A stretch of 64,000 bases of DNA, taken from positions 256,001 through 320,000 of the forward strand of contig CAWFFN010000007.1 in NCBI GenBank assembly GCA_963815115.1, written 5' to 3'. Position numbers and translations under genes: made by a program. The notes under the pieces are model-generated. The model was not told the origin of the DNA, searched no databases, and worked only from the letters and a program-made list of their open reading frames with translations. Below are positions 18,801-28,875 of this stretch, in pieces. Each line of letters begins with the position of its first letter. The first letter of the stretch is position 1. This DNA is from an uncultured delta proteobacterium (GTDB taxonomy: Bacteria; Desulfobacterota; Binatia; DP-6).

Positions 18801-19003
18801 CTCGTTTCCGCCGGCGGTTCAGGGGCTTGGCGGCCCAACGCCGCAGCAGCCTTCTCTGGTAGCCGCTCGGTGCTACCTGTGGTTGCTACTCGATCGCGTG
18901 CGACGCGTTGCGCGGCGTCGAGCTTGTGGGCGGCGCAGCGCAACGAAGGCCGACGCAGCGGCGCTCGCCACGAGCGCGAAGGGCGGCCGGCTCACGAGGC
19001 TGT

Positions 19004-19471
19004 TCACCGCGAAGCCGGCGCGCGCTTCGAATTGAGTTCCTTCCAGCGCCGGATCATGTCGTGCCCTTCGGCGCGTCTCTTCTCGAGGTGCTCGTACCAC
19101 GGCTCGTCGAACTGGGTGAATTCGACCACGTTGCTGTCGGGGTCGCGGATCGCGGTGATCGTCATCGGCCCCATCTTCCGCGGCGGATAGAGGAGCTGCA
19201 CCCCGTGCGCCGCGAGCCTCTTCACGTGAACCTCCATATCGAACACCTCGAACGCGAGCTTCACGGAGCCCACGCCGCAGCCTTCCCCCGCGAAGTTCTC
19301 GACGGGGTGGATCGCGAAGTGGAGGTCGCCGAGTTCGCAGCCATAGTGCTTGAGCGACGGCCCGTGCTCCTCCTCCTCGAGCGGCACGCCGATCACGTCG
19401 CGGTAGAAGGCCGCCAGGCGATCGTGGTTGGGGGAAGCAAGTAGCACGGCGCCGAGGAACTCTACCTTCAT
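19004..19471 (-). CDS. VOC/glyoxalase family protein
   Basis: LAAFYRDVIG, LAFEVFDM, IRDPDSNVVEF; ATG at 19471 after GGAGG. Confidence 0.85.
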   Translation of the reverse strand: MKVEFLGAVLLASPNHDRLAAFYRDVIGVPLEEEEHGPSLKHYGCELGDLHFAIHPVENFAGEGCGVGSVKLAFEVFDMEVHVKRLAAHGVQLLYPPRKMGPMTITAIRDPDSNVVEFTQFDEPWYEHLEKRRAEGHDMIRRWKELNSKRAPASR

Positions 19472-19554
19472 GAAGACCTCCAAGCGGCCAGCATGGCCGG
19501 CGACTGGTGATGGACGAGCCTCGGAAGGGTGTCGCTGACGAGTCGAGTCGTGCG

Positions 19555-19602
19555 TTGACTTAGCGGATCGGCTAATCATATGCTTAGCTCAGGTGCTAAG
19601 CA
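19555..19602 (+). promoter_or_regulatory. sigma70 promoter overlapped by two palindromic ArsR-type operators
   Basis: TTGACT-N18-TATGCT; TTAGC-N6-GCTAA at 19560-19575 and TGCTTAGC-N6-GCTAAGCA at 19581-19602. Confidence 0.75.
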
Positions 19603-19615
19603 AAGGAGGTTCGCG

Positions 19616-19948
19616 GTGAGCACGGAACACGGCGAGACGGTGATCTGCCACTACCACGTGAAGTCCGGCTCCGAGAAGGAGTTCGAAGCGCTGCTGCGCC
19701 GGCACTGGTCGACGCTGAAGCGACTCGGGACCGTGACGGACGAGCCGAGTCAGATCTATCGAGGCGTTGACGGGAAGGGCCGTCCGACGTTCTGGGAGAT
19801 CTTCACCTGGAAAAGTCCAGGGGCCTTCCAGCAGGCGCACACTCATCCGGACGTGCTCGCGATCTGGGAGCCGATGGACGTGCTGTGCGAGCCGCGCGAC
19901 GGGCGTCCGAACATGGAGTTCCCGCACGTCGAGCGCCTCGAGCTGTGA
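19616..19948 (+). CDS. small dimeric alpha/beta-barrel (ABM-like) protein
   Basis: YHVKSGSEKEFEALL...EIFTWKS...AHTHPDV; GTG start after AGGAGG. Confidence 0.7.
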   Translation: MSTEHGETVICHYHVKSGSEKEFEALLRRHWSTLKRLGTVTDEPSQIYRGVDGKGRPTFWEIFTWKSPGAFQQAHTHPDVLAIWEPMDVLCEPRDGRPNMEFPHVERLEL

Positions 19949-20331
19949 GCCGCGACCGCCCATCGCTCGCGGAGCAGCTCGACGAGCTCGACCGCGTGTT
20001 CGCCGCGCTCGGGCACGCCTCGCGCCGTCACATCCTGGGCGTGCTGAAGGCGCGAGGCAGCCGCGTCCGGGCGGGGGACATCGCACGCCGCTTCGCGTGC
20101 AGCTGGCCCACCACGACCCGGCACCTGCGCGTGCTTGAGAACGCAAGACTCGTGCGCATCGAGCAGAAGGGGCGGGAACGCTGGTACGTACTCGAGGCGG
20201 AACTCCTCCAGCGCGTCGCCGGGGGCTGGTTGGCGGCATTCCGCAGCGCGGCGGGCAGACCCGCGCCGAGCCGGCGGGCCGGTCGGGGGGGTAGGGGCAA
20301 CGAGAATCGACCGCTACGTCACCATTCCTAG
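19945..20331 (+). CDS. ArsR/SmtB family transcriptional regulator
   Basis: VFAALGHASRRHIL...AGDIARRF...TTRHLRVLENARLV...GRERWY; GTGA overlap with the upstream gene. Confidence 0.88.
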   Translation: MSRDRPSLAEQLDELDRVFAALGHASRRHILGVLKARGSRVRAGDIARRFACSWPTTTRHLRVLENARLVRIEQKGRERWYVLEAELLQRVAGGWLAAFRSAAGRPAPSRRAGRGGRGNENRPLRHHS

Positions 20332-20757
20332 GCTTCTCGCGACTACGGCCTCGACCACGACGCCAGCCCCAGCTCCACGACGAGCGCGAATTCCACCTCC
20401 ACCACCGGGCGGTCTCGACGTCGACCACTTCGACCTCATCTCAACAAGTTGCTGACAAAGGACGGCGACCTCGATGATGCCGTCCGCCGCCGCATCTTCG
20501 CGACCGTTGATCTGCCGCGCAGCGCCTCGGGAAGATCGGTCCGCCATTCTTGCACGATGCCCGTGTGTATCTCGGCCGGTTCACGCGCAATCGTATGGCC
20601 GCCGGCACCGTGGTGACGAACAGCGAGGTGACGAATGCGCCGCTCGCGGTGCGCACTTTGGACGACGCCATCCGTGCGGCAATAGAGCTGCACGATCTCC
20701 CAGCCCGGACGACCGCAATACGCCCGACAGACCTGGTGCGGGGTGTCCGATCCCGCC

Positions 20758-20959
20758 CGGCGAGATCACCGACGACGACATCGTCGGCGTGGCGGTGAAT
20801 CTCGCGGCGCGCATCCAGGCCGCCGCCGCGCCCGGTGAAGTGCTCGTCTCGTCGACGGTCAAGGACCTGGCTGCCGGCGCGGGCCACGGGTTCGCGAGCC
20901 GCGGCGAGCACCAGTTGAAGGACGTCGAAGAGCCGTGGCGCCTGTGGGCGGTGGGCTGA
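20758..20959 (+). pseudogene. C-terminal fragment of a class III adenylate/guanylate cyclase
   Basis: GEITDDDIVGVAVNLAARIQAAAAPGEVLVSSTVKDL...GEHQLKDV; the N-terminal part of the catalytic domain is absent. Confidence 0.75.
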
Positions 20960-21041
20960 GGGGCCTCGGGCGGTGCCCGCGCGCTTCGAGCAGCACGTCT
21001 CGGGATGGCCGCCGGGGCCGGGCGGCGCTATCGTGCCCGGC

Positions 21042-22589
21042 ATGAGTGGATCCGACTCCAAGGAACTGCAGGGCCCCGACCTTCAGACCGGCATAGACAT
21101 CGATCAGCTGCACGAGGGTCAGCCGCTGCTGGGGCACGCGCACGGGCAGGCCGTAGTGCTGGTCAAGCGCGGCAACGCCTGCTTCGCGGTCGGCGCGACC
21201 TGCACCCACTATTCGGGACCGCTGGCCGAGGGGCTGGTCGTGGGCGACACCATCCGCTGCCCCTGGCACCACTCGCGGTTCGATCTGGCGACCGGCGTGC
21301 CTCTCGGCGGGCCCGGCATCAACCCGCTGCCCTGCTTCCAGGTCGTGCGCCAGGATCGCCTGGTCCGGATCGCGGATCGGCGTCCGGCGCCCGCGGCCAA
21401 GGCGGCCGTGCGTGGCCCCGATCGGGTCGTCGTCATCGGCTCGGGCCCCTCGGGCGCGCTGGTCGCCGAGACCCTGCGCAACGAAGGCCACGCCGGATCG
21501 ATCACCTTGGTGGGCGAAGAAGGCATCCCGGTCGATCGGCCCAATCTGTCCAAGGACTACCTGGCCGGGACGGCGCCCGAGGAATGGCTGCCCCTGCGGG
21601 ACGCGGGCGCGCTGGCGGAAATGAAGATCAGCCTCGTGACGGTGCGGGCGCGCCAGATTGATCTGGCGGGCAAACGTCTGATCGTCGAGGGCGCGGCCGA
21701 CGTCGGCTTCGACGCGCTGGTGATCGCCACGGGAGCCGCGCCCATCCGGCTGCCGATTCCGGGCGCGGATCTGCCCCACGTGCATCTGCTGCGCACTCTG
21801 GCCGACAGCCGCGGCATCATCGCGGCGGCCGCGGGCGCCAGACGCGCGGTCGTCATCGGCGGCGGCTTCATCGGCCTCGAGGTGGCGGGATCGCTGCGCG
21901 CCCGCAACCTCGAGGTCACGGTCGTCCTGCGCGAGACCGTGCCGCTCGAGAAGGTGCTGGGCGAGGCCCTGGGGACCTTCGTCGAAGCCTTGCACAAGGA
22001 ACACGGCGTGGCGTTCGTGCGCGACACGACCGCCTCGATCGATCGTACCAGCGTCACCCTGGCGAGCGGCAAGAAGCTGGACGCCGATCTGGTCGTGATG
22101 GGCGTGGGTGTGCGCCCGAACACCCAGCTGGCCGAGGCCGCGGGTCTGCGCTGTGACGACGGCATCATCGTCGACGACCACCTGCGCACCAGTGCGCCCA
22201 ACGTCTTCGCCGTGGGCGACGTCGCCCGCTTCCCCTGGGGCCCCGACGGCACCCTCATCCGGATCGAACACTTCGTTCACGCCCAGCGCATGGGCTTCGT
22301 CGCCGCCCGCAACGTCCTCGGCCGCGACCACGCCTTCAAATTCGCCCCGTTCTTCTGGAGCCAGCACTACGACGTCCCCATCGCCTACGTCGGCGGCGGC
22401 GCCTGGGACCAGGTCCAGGTCGTGGGTGATCCCGCCAAACGCGACCTCCTGGCGGTCTACCGCCGCGCCGGCCGCGCCGTTGCCCTGGCGTCGATCTACC
22501 GCGATCAGGACAGCCTACGCTTCGAAGAGATGCTCGAACGCGGGGACGACGCCGGGATCGAGGCGCTGGTCCGCGCGGCGGCGGGGTAG
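21042..22589 (+). CDS. Rieske-domain FAD-dependent pyridine nucleotide-disulfide oxidoreductase (AIF3-like)
   Basis: Rieske CTHY...CPWHHSRF; VIGSGPSG, DRPNLSKDYL, IGGGFIGLE, AVGDVA, PFFWSQHY. Confidence 0.92.
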   Translation: MSGSDSKELQGPDLQTGIDIDQLHEGQPLLGHAHGQAVVLVKRGNACFAVGATCTHYSGPLAEGLVVGDTIRCPWHHSRFDLATGVPLGGPGINPLPCFQVVRQDRLVRIADRRPAPAAKAAVRGPDRVVVIGSGPSGALVAETLRNEGHAGSITLVGEEGIPVDRPNLSKDYLAGTAPEEWLPLRDAGALAEMKISLVTVRARQIDLAGKRLIVEGAADVGFDALVIATGAAPIRLPIPGADLPHVHLLRTLADSRGIIAAAAGARRAVVIGGGFIGLEVAGSLRARNLEVTVVLRETVPLEKVLGEALGTFVEALHKEHGVAFVRDTTASIDRTSVTLASGKKLDADLVVMGVGVRPNTQLAEAAGLRCDDGIIVDDHLRTSAPNVFAVGDVARFPWGPDGTLIRIEHFVHAQRMGFVAARNVLGRDHAFKFAPFFWSQHYDVPIAYVGGGAWDQVQVVGDPAKRDLLAVYRRAGRAVALASIYRDQDSLRFEEMLERGDDAGIEALVRAAAG

Positions 22590-22721
22590 GAGAGTGCCCA
22601 TCCGCCATGCGCAGCGACGTCTGCCGAGCGGATTGCCGCTACGTGGCTTCGCACGTGACGAGGCGGTAGCAGTGTTGACGCCGGCGAGTTCTCGACAGCG
22701 GGCACCGCAGCGAAAGGCCCG

Positions 22722-23339
22722 TCAGTCTTCGAGATGATGACCGTCGTTCCAGGTTGCGACGACGGGGTGCGCTGCGTCGACGCCGAGCTCGCTCAGGGCG
22801 GCGGTGTCGAGGTTGAAGATTCTCCCATCGTGCGGCGAAAGACCCACCCAGCGAGCCCCGAGGGCACGCAGCACGTGGCCATGCGCGAACACCGCGACGA
22901 CGCCGGAGCTCGGCTGCCAGCCCGGAGCACCGACGATCGCTCGCACCTCGGCGATGATGCGATCGACCCGGGCGGCCACGTCGTCGGGCGACTCGCCGCC
23001 GGGGCAGCCGTCCCGCCAGAGGTCCCAACCCGGATGGCGGGCGTCGATCTCTTCGTGCGTGAGCCCTTCGAGATCGCCGTAATGCCACTCGGCGAGATCG
23101 GCACGAACCTCTGCCCGTTCGCCGAGCCCGGCGAGGTCACAAGTTTCTCTCGCGCGAAGGAGCGGGCTCGTGAGCACTTTCGCGAACGTCCGTCGCGACA
23201 AGGACGGCGCGAGGCGGCGCGCTTGCGCTCTACCTTCTTCGGTGAGCGTCAAGTCGGTGCGCCCCGTGTGGCGACCGAGGCGAGTCCATTCGGTCTCGCC
23301 ATGGCGAACGAGCAAGAGCTGGGTGGCGCGCCGACTCAT
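22722..23339 (-). CDS. histidine phosphatase family protein
   Basis: LVRHGETEW, SPLLRARETC, EWHYGDLEG, AHGHVLR. Confidence 0.9.
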   Translation of the reverse strand: MSRRATQLLLVRHGETEWTRLGRHTGRTDLTLTEEGRAQARRLAPSLSRRTFAKVLTSPLLRARETCDLAGLGERAEVRADLAEWHYGDLEGLTHEEIDARHPGWDLWRDGCPGGESPDDVAARVDRIIAEVRAIVGAPGWQPSSGVVAVFAHGHVLRALGARWVGLSPHDGRIFNLDTAALSELGVDAAHPVVATWNDGHHLED

Positions 23340-23406
23340 GCGAGCGGCACGATAGCATCCGTGGCGCCATCGCCCACACGAATGATGGACGGGTTGCCGC
23401 GGTCGG

Positions 23407-24075
23407 TCAGTACACCCAGGGCACGAGCCGCCACGTCCGCCGCCGGTAACCTGCGTACCGGTCGCCGAACTCGGAGGCGAGCAGGGCTTCCTCGGCCCGG
23501 ATGCGTGCCAGGATGAGCCAGACGAAGGGCAGCACGAGCAACAAGCCGGCGACGCTCCGGAAGACGAGCGCCCAGCCGACCCCGCCGATGAGGTAGCCGA
23601 GGTAGCTCGGGTTTCTGATCCAGCGGTACACCCCGTCGGTGACCAGCCGGTGACCCTCCTGGATGGCCACCAGACCGCTGAAGCGCCGGCCCAGCACGAA
23701 CATCGGCCATATCCGCAGCACCCCGCCGACGACGAGCAGCGCCAGCCCGAGCCAGCGAACCGCGTCGCCGTCGATCACCCAGCGGTTGCGGTGATCGAGG
23801 AAGGGGGGGAGCCAGATTGCCAGCAAGGCGAACACCAGCCCGACCGGCACGATCCACAGGTCCCCGACATCCGCACGCCGGCCGCTACTCAGGTTGAAGG
23901 GAGAGAACGCCCCCACCAGAGTGAGGACCAGACCCGCCAGGAGAGCGCCCCGGCGGGCCGGGTTGGCGAGCAATCCCGACCAGCTCCCCCAGGCGCGCGC
24001 GCTGAGATCGAAGCACAGCAGGGTGATGACGAGCAGGATCGCTGCGACCGGCAAGCGCGAGAGGACGGTGCGCAT
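23407..24075 (-). CDS. isoprenylcysteine carboxyl methyltransferase family membrane protein
   Basis: HRLVTDGVYRWIRNPSYLG, RIRAEEALL...FGDRYAGYRRRT. Confidence 0.88.
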   Translation of the reverse strand: MRTVLSRLPVAAILLVITLLCFDLSARAWGSWSGLLANPARRGALLAGLVLTLVGAFSPFNLSSGRRADVGDLWIVPVGLVFALLAIWLPPFLDHRNRWVIDGDAVRWLGLALLVVGGVLRIWPMFVLGRRFSGLVAIQEGHRLVTDGVYRWIRNPSYLGYLIGGVGWALVFRSVAGLLLVLPFVWLILARIRAEEALLASEFGDRYAGYRRRTWRLVPWVY

Positions 24076-24254
24076 GGCTACGGCGCGAGCCTACTCCGTT
24101 CCGCGCGACGGTGCCCTCGGCTTCCGACGAGGGGCGCTTCGGAGGCGTTTTCCGCGGTCAGTGCCCGCCCCGTGCGCCTGTCAGCCCGCCACCCTTCCGC
24201 CGCGGAGACGGAGTGTGCTAGCCGATCTGGCAGCCCGCTGCCCGGAGGGTTCAC

Positions 24255-25679
24255 ATGCGCCGCCCACCTGAGGACCGTGCGATCGTCCCGTTTCCCACCC
24301 ACGCAGTCTCCAACATGGAGTGGGTCCCGACCGGGATCACCGGGAAGCAGAGGCTCGCCGAGCGGCTGATCGCCGACGAGTGTGCCGAGCGGGCCAAGCG
24401 GCACGGGATGAGCCGGGCCCAGTTCCTGCGCACGGCGGCCGCCACGGCCACCGCCTTCATGGTGCTGAACAGGCTGCACGGGTCGACGGCGTTCGCCGTC
24501 AAGAAGGAGCATTGCGACGACCTGGACGCGGGACGGGAGCTGCTCGACAAGAAGATGTTCGTGATGGACGTGCAGCAGCACCACGTCGACCTCGATCTCT
24601 ATCCCGATGGCTTGGGGTGCTCTCTCCGCTTCGTCGACCGCATGGCGGCGGGCGGCTGCCCGGCGAGCCTCGGGCAGGCGAACTACGTGAAGGAGATCTT
24701 CGTCGACAGCCACACCGACGTCGGCGTCATCAGCGGACTGCCATTCGGCGGCATCCCGCTGGGCCCCGCGGCCATGCTCGAGACGCGAGACCTGGTGAAC
24801 GAGCTCGCCGGCTCGGAGCGCTGCATTGCCCAGGCGGTGTGCGACCCGGCGCCGCAGTTCCAGAACGGGGCAACGGCGATCTCGACGCTGTCCGCGCAGC
24901 GGGCGAAGGGTACGCGCGCGGTCAAGTGCTACACCTACAGCGGCAACTGGCGCATGGACGACGAGACGGTCGCCTATCCCATGCTCGAGGAAGTCGAGCG
25001 GGTCGGGTTCCGGCTGGTGAACGTGCACAAGGGGCTGCCCGCCATGTTCGCGCCCGGGAGCCAGGAGACGGTCCGGGCGACCGATTTCCCGAAGGCCGTC
25101 CACGACTGGCCCGGGCTCAGCTTCTGCGCGTATCACTCGGCCTACTTCGGCTCCAACGACCACCATCCCGAGGGGAAGGTCGGGCTGACCGAATGGCTGG
25201 AGGTGCTGGCGAGCATCCCGAAGAAGGAGCGCAAGCGCGTCTACTCCGAGATCGGGTCGACGTTCGCAATCGTCCTGGCGCAGGGTCCGGACGCCGCGGC
25301 GCACTTCATCGGGCAGCTGCTGAAGGCGCTCGGACCGAGGAACATCCTCTGGGGGACCGACTCCATCTGGTGGGGATCGCCGCAGTGGCTGATCGACGCT
25401 TTCAGTGCGCTGACCATCCCCGAGGAGATGCAGGAGGAGTTCGGGTACCCGGCCCTCACCGAGCGGAAGAAGCGTCTCATCCTCGGGCTCAACTCGGCGC
25501 GTCTCTACGGAGTGAAGCCGAGGGCGGAGCGCTGCAAGCTCACGGCGAACCGGCTCGCGGAGTTCCAGGGCGAGCAGGGTGGATCGCGCGAGGGGCGGGC
25601 GCTCGTTGCGCACGGTCCCACCACGCGCCGCGAGTTCTTTGCGCTCCTGCGAGCTGAGAAGCGCGCGCAGCTCGGTTGA
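24255..25679 (+). CDS. amidohydrolase_2 family protein
   Basis: DVQQHHV, KCYTY, NVHKGLP, AYHSA, ILWGTDSIWWGSPQW, ILGLNSARLY. Confidence 0.88.
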   Translation: MRRPPEDRAIVPFPTHAVSNMEWVPTGITGKQRLAERLIADECAERAKRHGMSRAQFLRTAAATATAFMVLNRLHGSTAFAVKKEHCDDLDAGRELLDKKMFVMDVQQHHVDLDLYPDGLGCSLRFVDRMAAGGCPASLGQANYVKEIFVDSHTDVGVISGLPFGGIPLGPAAMLETRDLVNELAGSERCIAQAVCDPAPQFQNGATAISTLSAQRAKGTRAVKCYTYSGNWRMDDETVAYPMLEEVERVGFRLVNVHKGLPAMFAPGSQETVRATDFPKAVHDWPGLSFCAYHSAYFGSNDHHPEGKVGLTEWLEVLASIPKKERKRVYSEIGSTFAIVLAQGPDAAAHFIGQLLKALGPRNILWGTDSIWWGSPQWLIDAFSALTIPEEMQEEFGYPALTERKKRLILGLNSARLYGVKPRAERCKLTANRLAEFQGEQGGSREGRALVAHGPTTRREFFALLRAEKRAQLG

Positions 25680-25739
25680 GCGGGCGAGGTAGCCAGGCCG
25701 GCCGTCGGCGCGCGCTCCGGCCACGCCGCCTCCGATCGC

Positions 25740-26449
25740 CTACCGGCTGCCCGACGAGTGACCGCCGCGGCCCCCGGACGTCCCGCGGTGGACGTCGGTC
25801 ACCACGTTCTCGATCCAGTCGATCTCGGAATCGAGCGCGAGCATCAGGCCAGCCTGCTGCTCCGGCGAGAGGCCGGGCAGGACGCCCTGGAAGAGGCGAG
25901 CGCCGTAGGGCTCGACGATGCGGACCTGCAACCAGCCGACCGGCCCGCCGTCCTGGTCCCGGATCGTGGCGCGATAGGTACCCTGGATGTCCAGAGTGGT
26001 CTGCGCGTTGCGGGTCAGAACGCTGTAGCCGCTGTTGCCGTCGAGGCGTTCGAAGGGGCCGAGCCGAAGCGGCGTCCCGGTGGCCGGCAAGAGGGTCAGG
26101 TGCACGGCGCTGGCGTCCCAGGCCGGCGCGACGCCGGCAGCTGGGTGTGCGCCGGCGTCGTAGATCACGACCTGCGCAGGCGCGGTGACTCGCAGCGTGC
26201 CCTGGGTGCCCCGGGTCGTCCGCACGCGGAACGGGGCGTTCCGCTCAGGTTGATCCACGCCGGTGGCTCCACGATGCCGGTGTCGCTGCCCGGGAGCCGA
26301 TCCAGCAGGAAGCCGTCGTGTACCTGGTGGGCGGCGAAGGTGGCCTGGGGATCCAGCTCGGAGGTCTGGAGGGCGGTCGGCGCGCAGCCGCTCGCAGCAT
26401 AGGCGAGCACGAGGCCGATGGCGACGAGCGCGGTCCGCACCGGAGACAT
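25740..26449 (-). pseudogene. hypothetical lipoprotein with one frameshift near 26233-26236 (possibly a sequencing error)
   Basis: Signal/lipobox MSPVRTALVAIGLVLAYAASGC in one frame continues as PFRVRTTRG... in another frame across a 4-base homopolymer. Confidence 0.6.
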
Positions 26450-26519
26450 CTGTTGTCGCATGCGTGCGCCGGCGTCGCGGGTCGGTCAAGCCGCCCAGGC
26501 AGGCACGGGCGCCGAGGCG

Positions 26520-27431
26520 TCAGCGATAGCCGGTCACGTCGGCTGGTTTCCCCGCGTCCTGGACCTCGGTGATGTACCGCCAGCAGTCGGGTTGGCTGCC
26601 GTCGAGGTCGGTGAAGCCGTAGATCTTCGCCAGCTGGCCGCTGGACAGCGACGCTCCGTTCCAGCGCGACACGTCGGGGTCGCCGGCCAGCGCCACGACG
26701 GCCCGGCCGACGAACGCCGGAGTCTCGGAGATGGCGAAGTGGGGCGAGCGCGTCGTCGCGTCATGCCAGCTCGACTCGGTGACGCCGTAGGCCTCGAGCA
26801 TGGCCTCCGATCGGAGCCAGCCCGGCGTGAGTGACACCGCTGTCGCGTGGCGGGGTCGCAGCTCGTGGGCCAGCGCGAACGCCATCCGATTCACCGCCGC
26901 CTTCGCGAGGTCGTAGAAGAACGAGACCCGGTAGTTGGTCGCGTTGTAGTCATCGGTGCCGTCGGTCATCTCGACGACCAGCCCGCCCGGCATCTCGATG
27001 AGCAGGGGGATCGCGAAGTGGCTGGTGATGGCGTGCGTGTCGACCGCCAGCCGCAGGGTGCGCAGTCCATTCTCCAGCGACGATTCCCAGACCGACTTGC
27101 TCCACTCCATCGTGGTGGCACCCCAGATGTCGTTGACGAGAACGTGCAGGTGGCCTTGCTCGTTCCGGATGCGCGTCACCAGCGCCCGTACCTCGTCGGG
27201 AACGAGATGGTCTACCTGGACCGCGATGCCGTGGCCGCCGGCCTCGTCCACGAGTGCTGCGGTCTCCTCGATGGTCTCCGGTCGGTTCATCTCCGATCGA
27301 TGCGACCGGGTCGTTCGCCCGCTGACGTAGACCGTCGCTCCGGCGGCACCGAGTTCGACGGCGATTCCGCGGCCGGCTCCCCGGGTCCCCCCGGCGACCA
27401 AGGCGACCTTTCCTGCGAGCGATGTCCCCAT
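26520..27431 (-). CDS. SDR family oxidoreductase
   Basis: VAGGTRGAGRGIA, LVNDIWG, YDLAK, PGWLRSE; ATG at 27431. Confidence 0.92.
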   Translation of the reverse strand: MGTSLAGKVALVAGGTRGAGRGIAVELGAAGATVYVSGRTTRSHRSEMNRPETIEETAALVDEAGGHGIAVQVDHLVPDEVRALVTRIRNEQGHLHVLVNDIWGATTMEWSKSVWESSLENGLRTLRLAVDTHAITSHFAIPLLIEMPGGLVVEMTDGTDDYNATNYRVSFFYDLAKAAVNRMAFALAHELRPRHATAVSLTPGWLRSEAMLEAYGVTESSWHDATTRSPHFAISETPAFVGRAVVALAGDPDVSRWNGASLSSGQLAKIYGFTDLDGSQPDCWRYITEVQDAGKPADVTGYR

Positions 27432-27513
27432 GCCGCCCAGTCTAACCGTGATGTGATCGCGGATCACGATGCAACGGCGTGCGACGACCTGCACGTCGTG
27501 GACGGTCGGCCGG

Positions 27514-28749
27514 TCACGAGTCGAGGCGCCCCTTGCGCACCAGGAACGGGCGCTCCACGAAGCGGTAGCTCAACGCGGAGAGCGCGAGGCACATGGCCGT
27601 GAGGGCCGCGATGACCAGCGCCGAGGAAACGCTCCATCCGTTGAACTGCCCCGGCCATGTGCGCCGGACGGCAAGGAGCGACAGGTGCATGAAGGGCGCG
27701 TGGATCATGTAGATCGAGTAGGAGAGGATGCCGAGCCGCGCCAGGACGGCGTTCGAGAAGAGCGCCTTCCCGCGCAGCGGCGCGAGCAGCAGCACGAGGA
27801 TGAAGGCGGCCCACAGCGCGCCGTTGACGACGTGCCAGGGCTGATCGGGATACCCCATCTGCCGCGTCGGACCGATCGAGACGAGCCACTTGAGGAAGAC
27901 GGCGTTCGTGAGGATCAGCGTGAGAAGCAGGAGATCGGCTCCGCCGCGAGAGAGCCAGTGCGTTCGGGCGAGGCGTGCGCGAATGCTCCCGCCGAAGCGT
28001 CGATACAGCGCCGCGGCTCCCACGCCCCAGGCGAACAGGGGGCCGCGCCCGAACACGGAGTTGATGAGCGCCATCTCTCCGTCGACGGACCGCATCTGGA
28101 GGACGCCCCGTACCATCGCGGCGTAGGCGACGACGTAGCCGCAGAAGAGCATCCCGCCGATCCAGCGGCCGCGCGGGGAGCGCCAGAAGAGCGCCAGGAA
28201 AGGAAGGAGCAGGTAGAACTGCACCTCGGTCGCCAGGCTCCACCAGACGTTGCTGTACGGCTCCAGCGAGGTGCGAACGCCCGGGAACGAGTTGAGGAAC
28301 AGGAGATAGGGGAACGCCCAGCGGAGCTCGGCGAGGTGCTGCGCGGTGAGCACGGTCCCCACCACGACCGCGACGTAGTACAGGGGCAGGATGCGGAGCG
28401 CACGGCGAAGCGCGTACCGGCGGACGACGACTCGCCTGCCGTCCGACGCCTCCGCGAGGAAGGGCAGCGACAGGAGGAACCCGCTCAGGACGAAGAACAG
28501 GTCCACGCCGGTGAAGCCGGCGCGCACGAACGCCAGCGAGAGCGGTGTCGATTGCACGACCGAGAAGGGGAAGCGGGCGAAGCCGTCGACGTGGAACGTG
28601 AAGACGAGGAGGACGGCGACGCCGCGGACGGCCTCCAGCTCCGGGATGAACACGCTCGAGCGGCGGAGCCCGACGAGTGCCTCGCCGGGTTCGGCGCGCG
28701 ACGCGGCCGCCGCATCGTCGAGAGAAGCGACAGGGGGAGCGGTCATCAC
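27514..28749 (-). CDS. acyltransferase 3 (OafA-like) membrane protein
   Basis: LEAVRGVAVLLVFTFH, GVDLFFVLSGFL, RRALRILPLY, WSLATEVQFY, SYSIYMIH, YRFVERP. Confidence 0.92.
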   Translation of the reverse strand: MMTAPPVASLDDAAAASRAEPGEALVGLRRSSVFIPELEAVRGVAVLLVFTFHVDGFARFPFSVVQSTPLSLAFVRAGFTGVDLFFVLSGFLLSLPFLAEASDGRRVVVRRYALRRALRILPLYYVAVVVGTVLTAQHLAELRWAFPYLLFLNSFPGVRTSLEPYSNVWWSLATEVQFYLLLPFLALFWRSPRGRWIGGMLFCGYVVAYAAMVRGVLQMRSVDGEMALINSVFGRGPLFAWGVGAAALYRRFGGSIRARLARTHWLSRGGADLLLLTLILTNAVFLKWLVSIGPTRQMGYPDQPWHVVNGALWAAFILVLLLAPLRGKALFSNAVLARLGILSYSIYMIHAPFMHLSLLAVRRTWPGQFNGWSVSSALVIAALTAMCLALSALSYRFVERPFLVRKGRLDS

Positions 28750-28875
28750 GACGCGAAGCTAGCCCGGCCCGCGCACGCCGGTCAAAAGCAACGGGGTCGC
28801 CGGCGCGGGGAGGGCTTTCCGCCCACGGACGGCGAGGCGCTGAGCGCCCGACTCGCCTGACGCTGCCGCGCGCGG

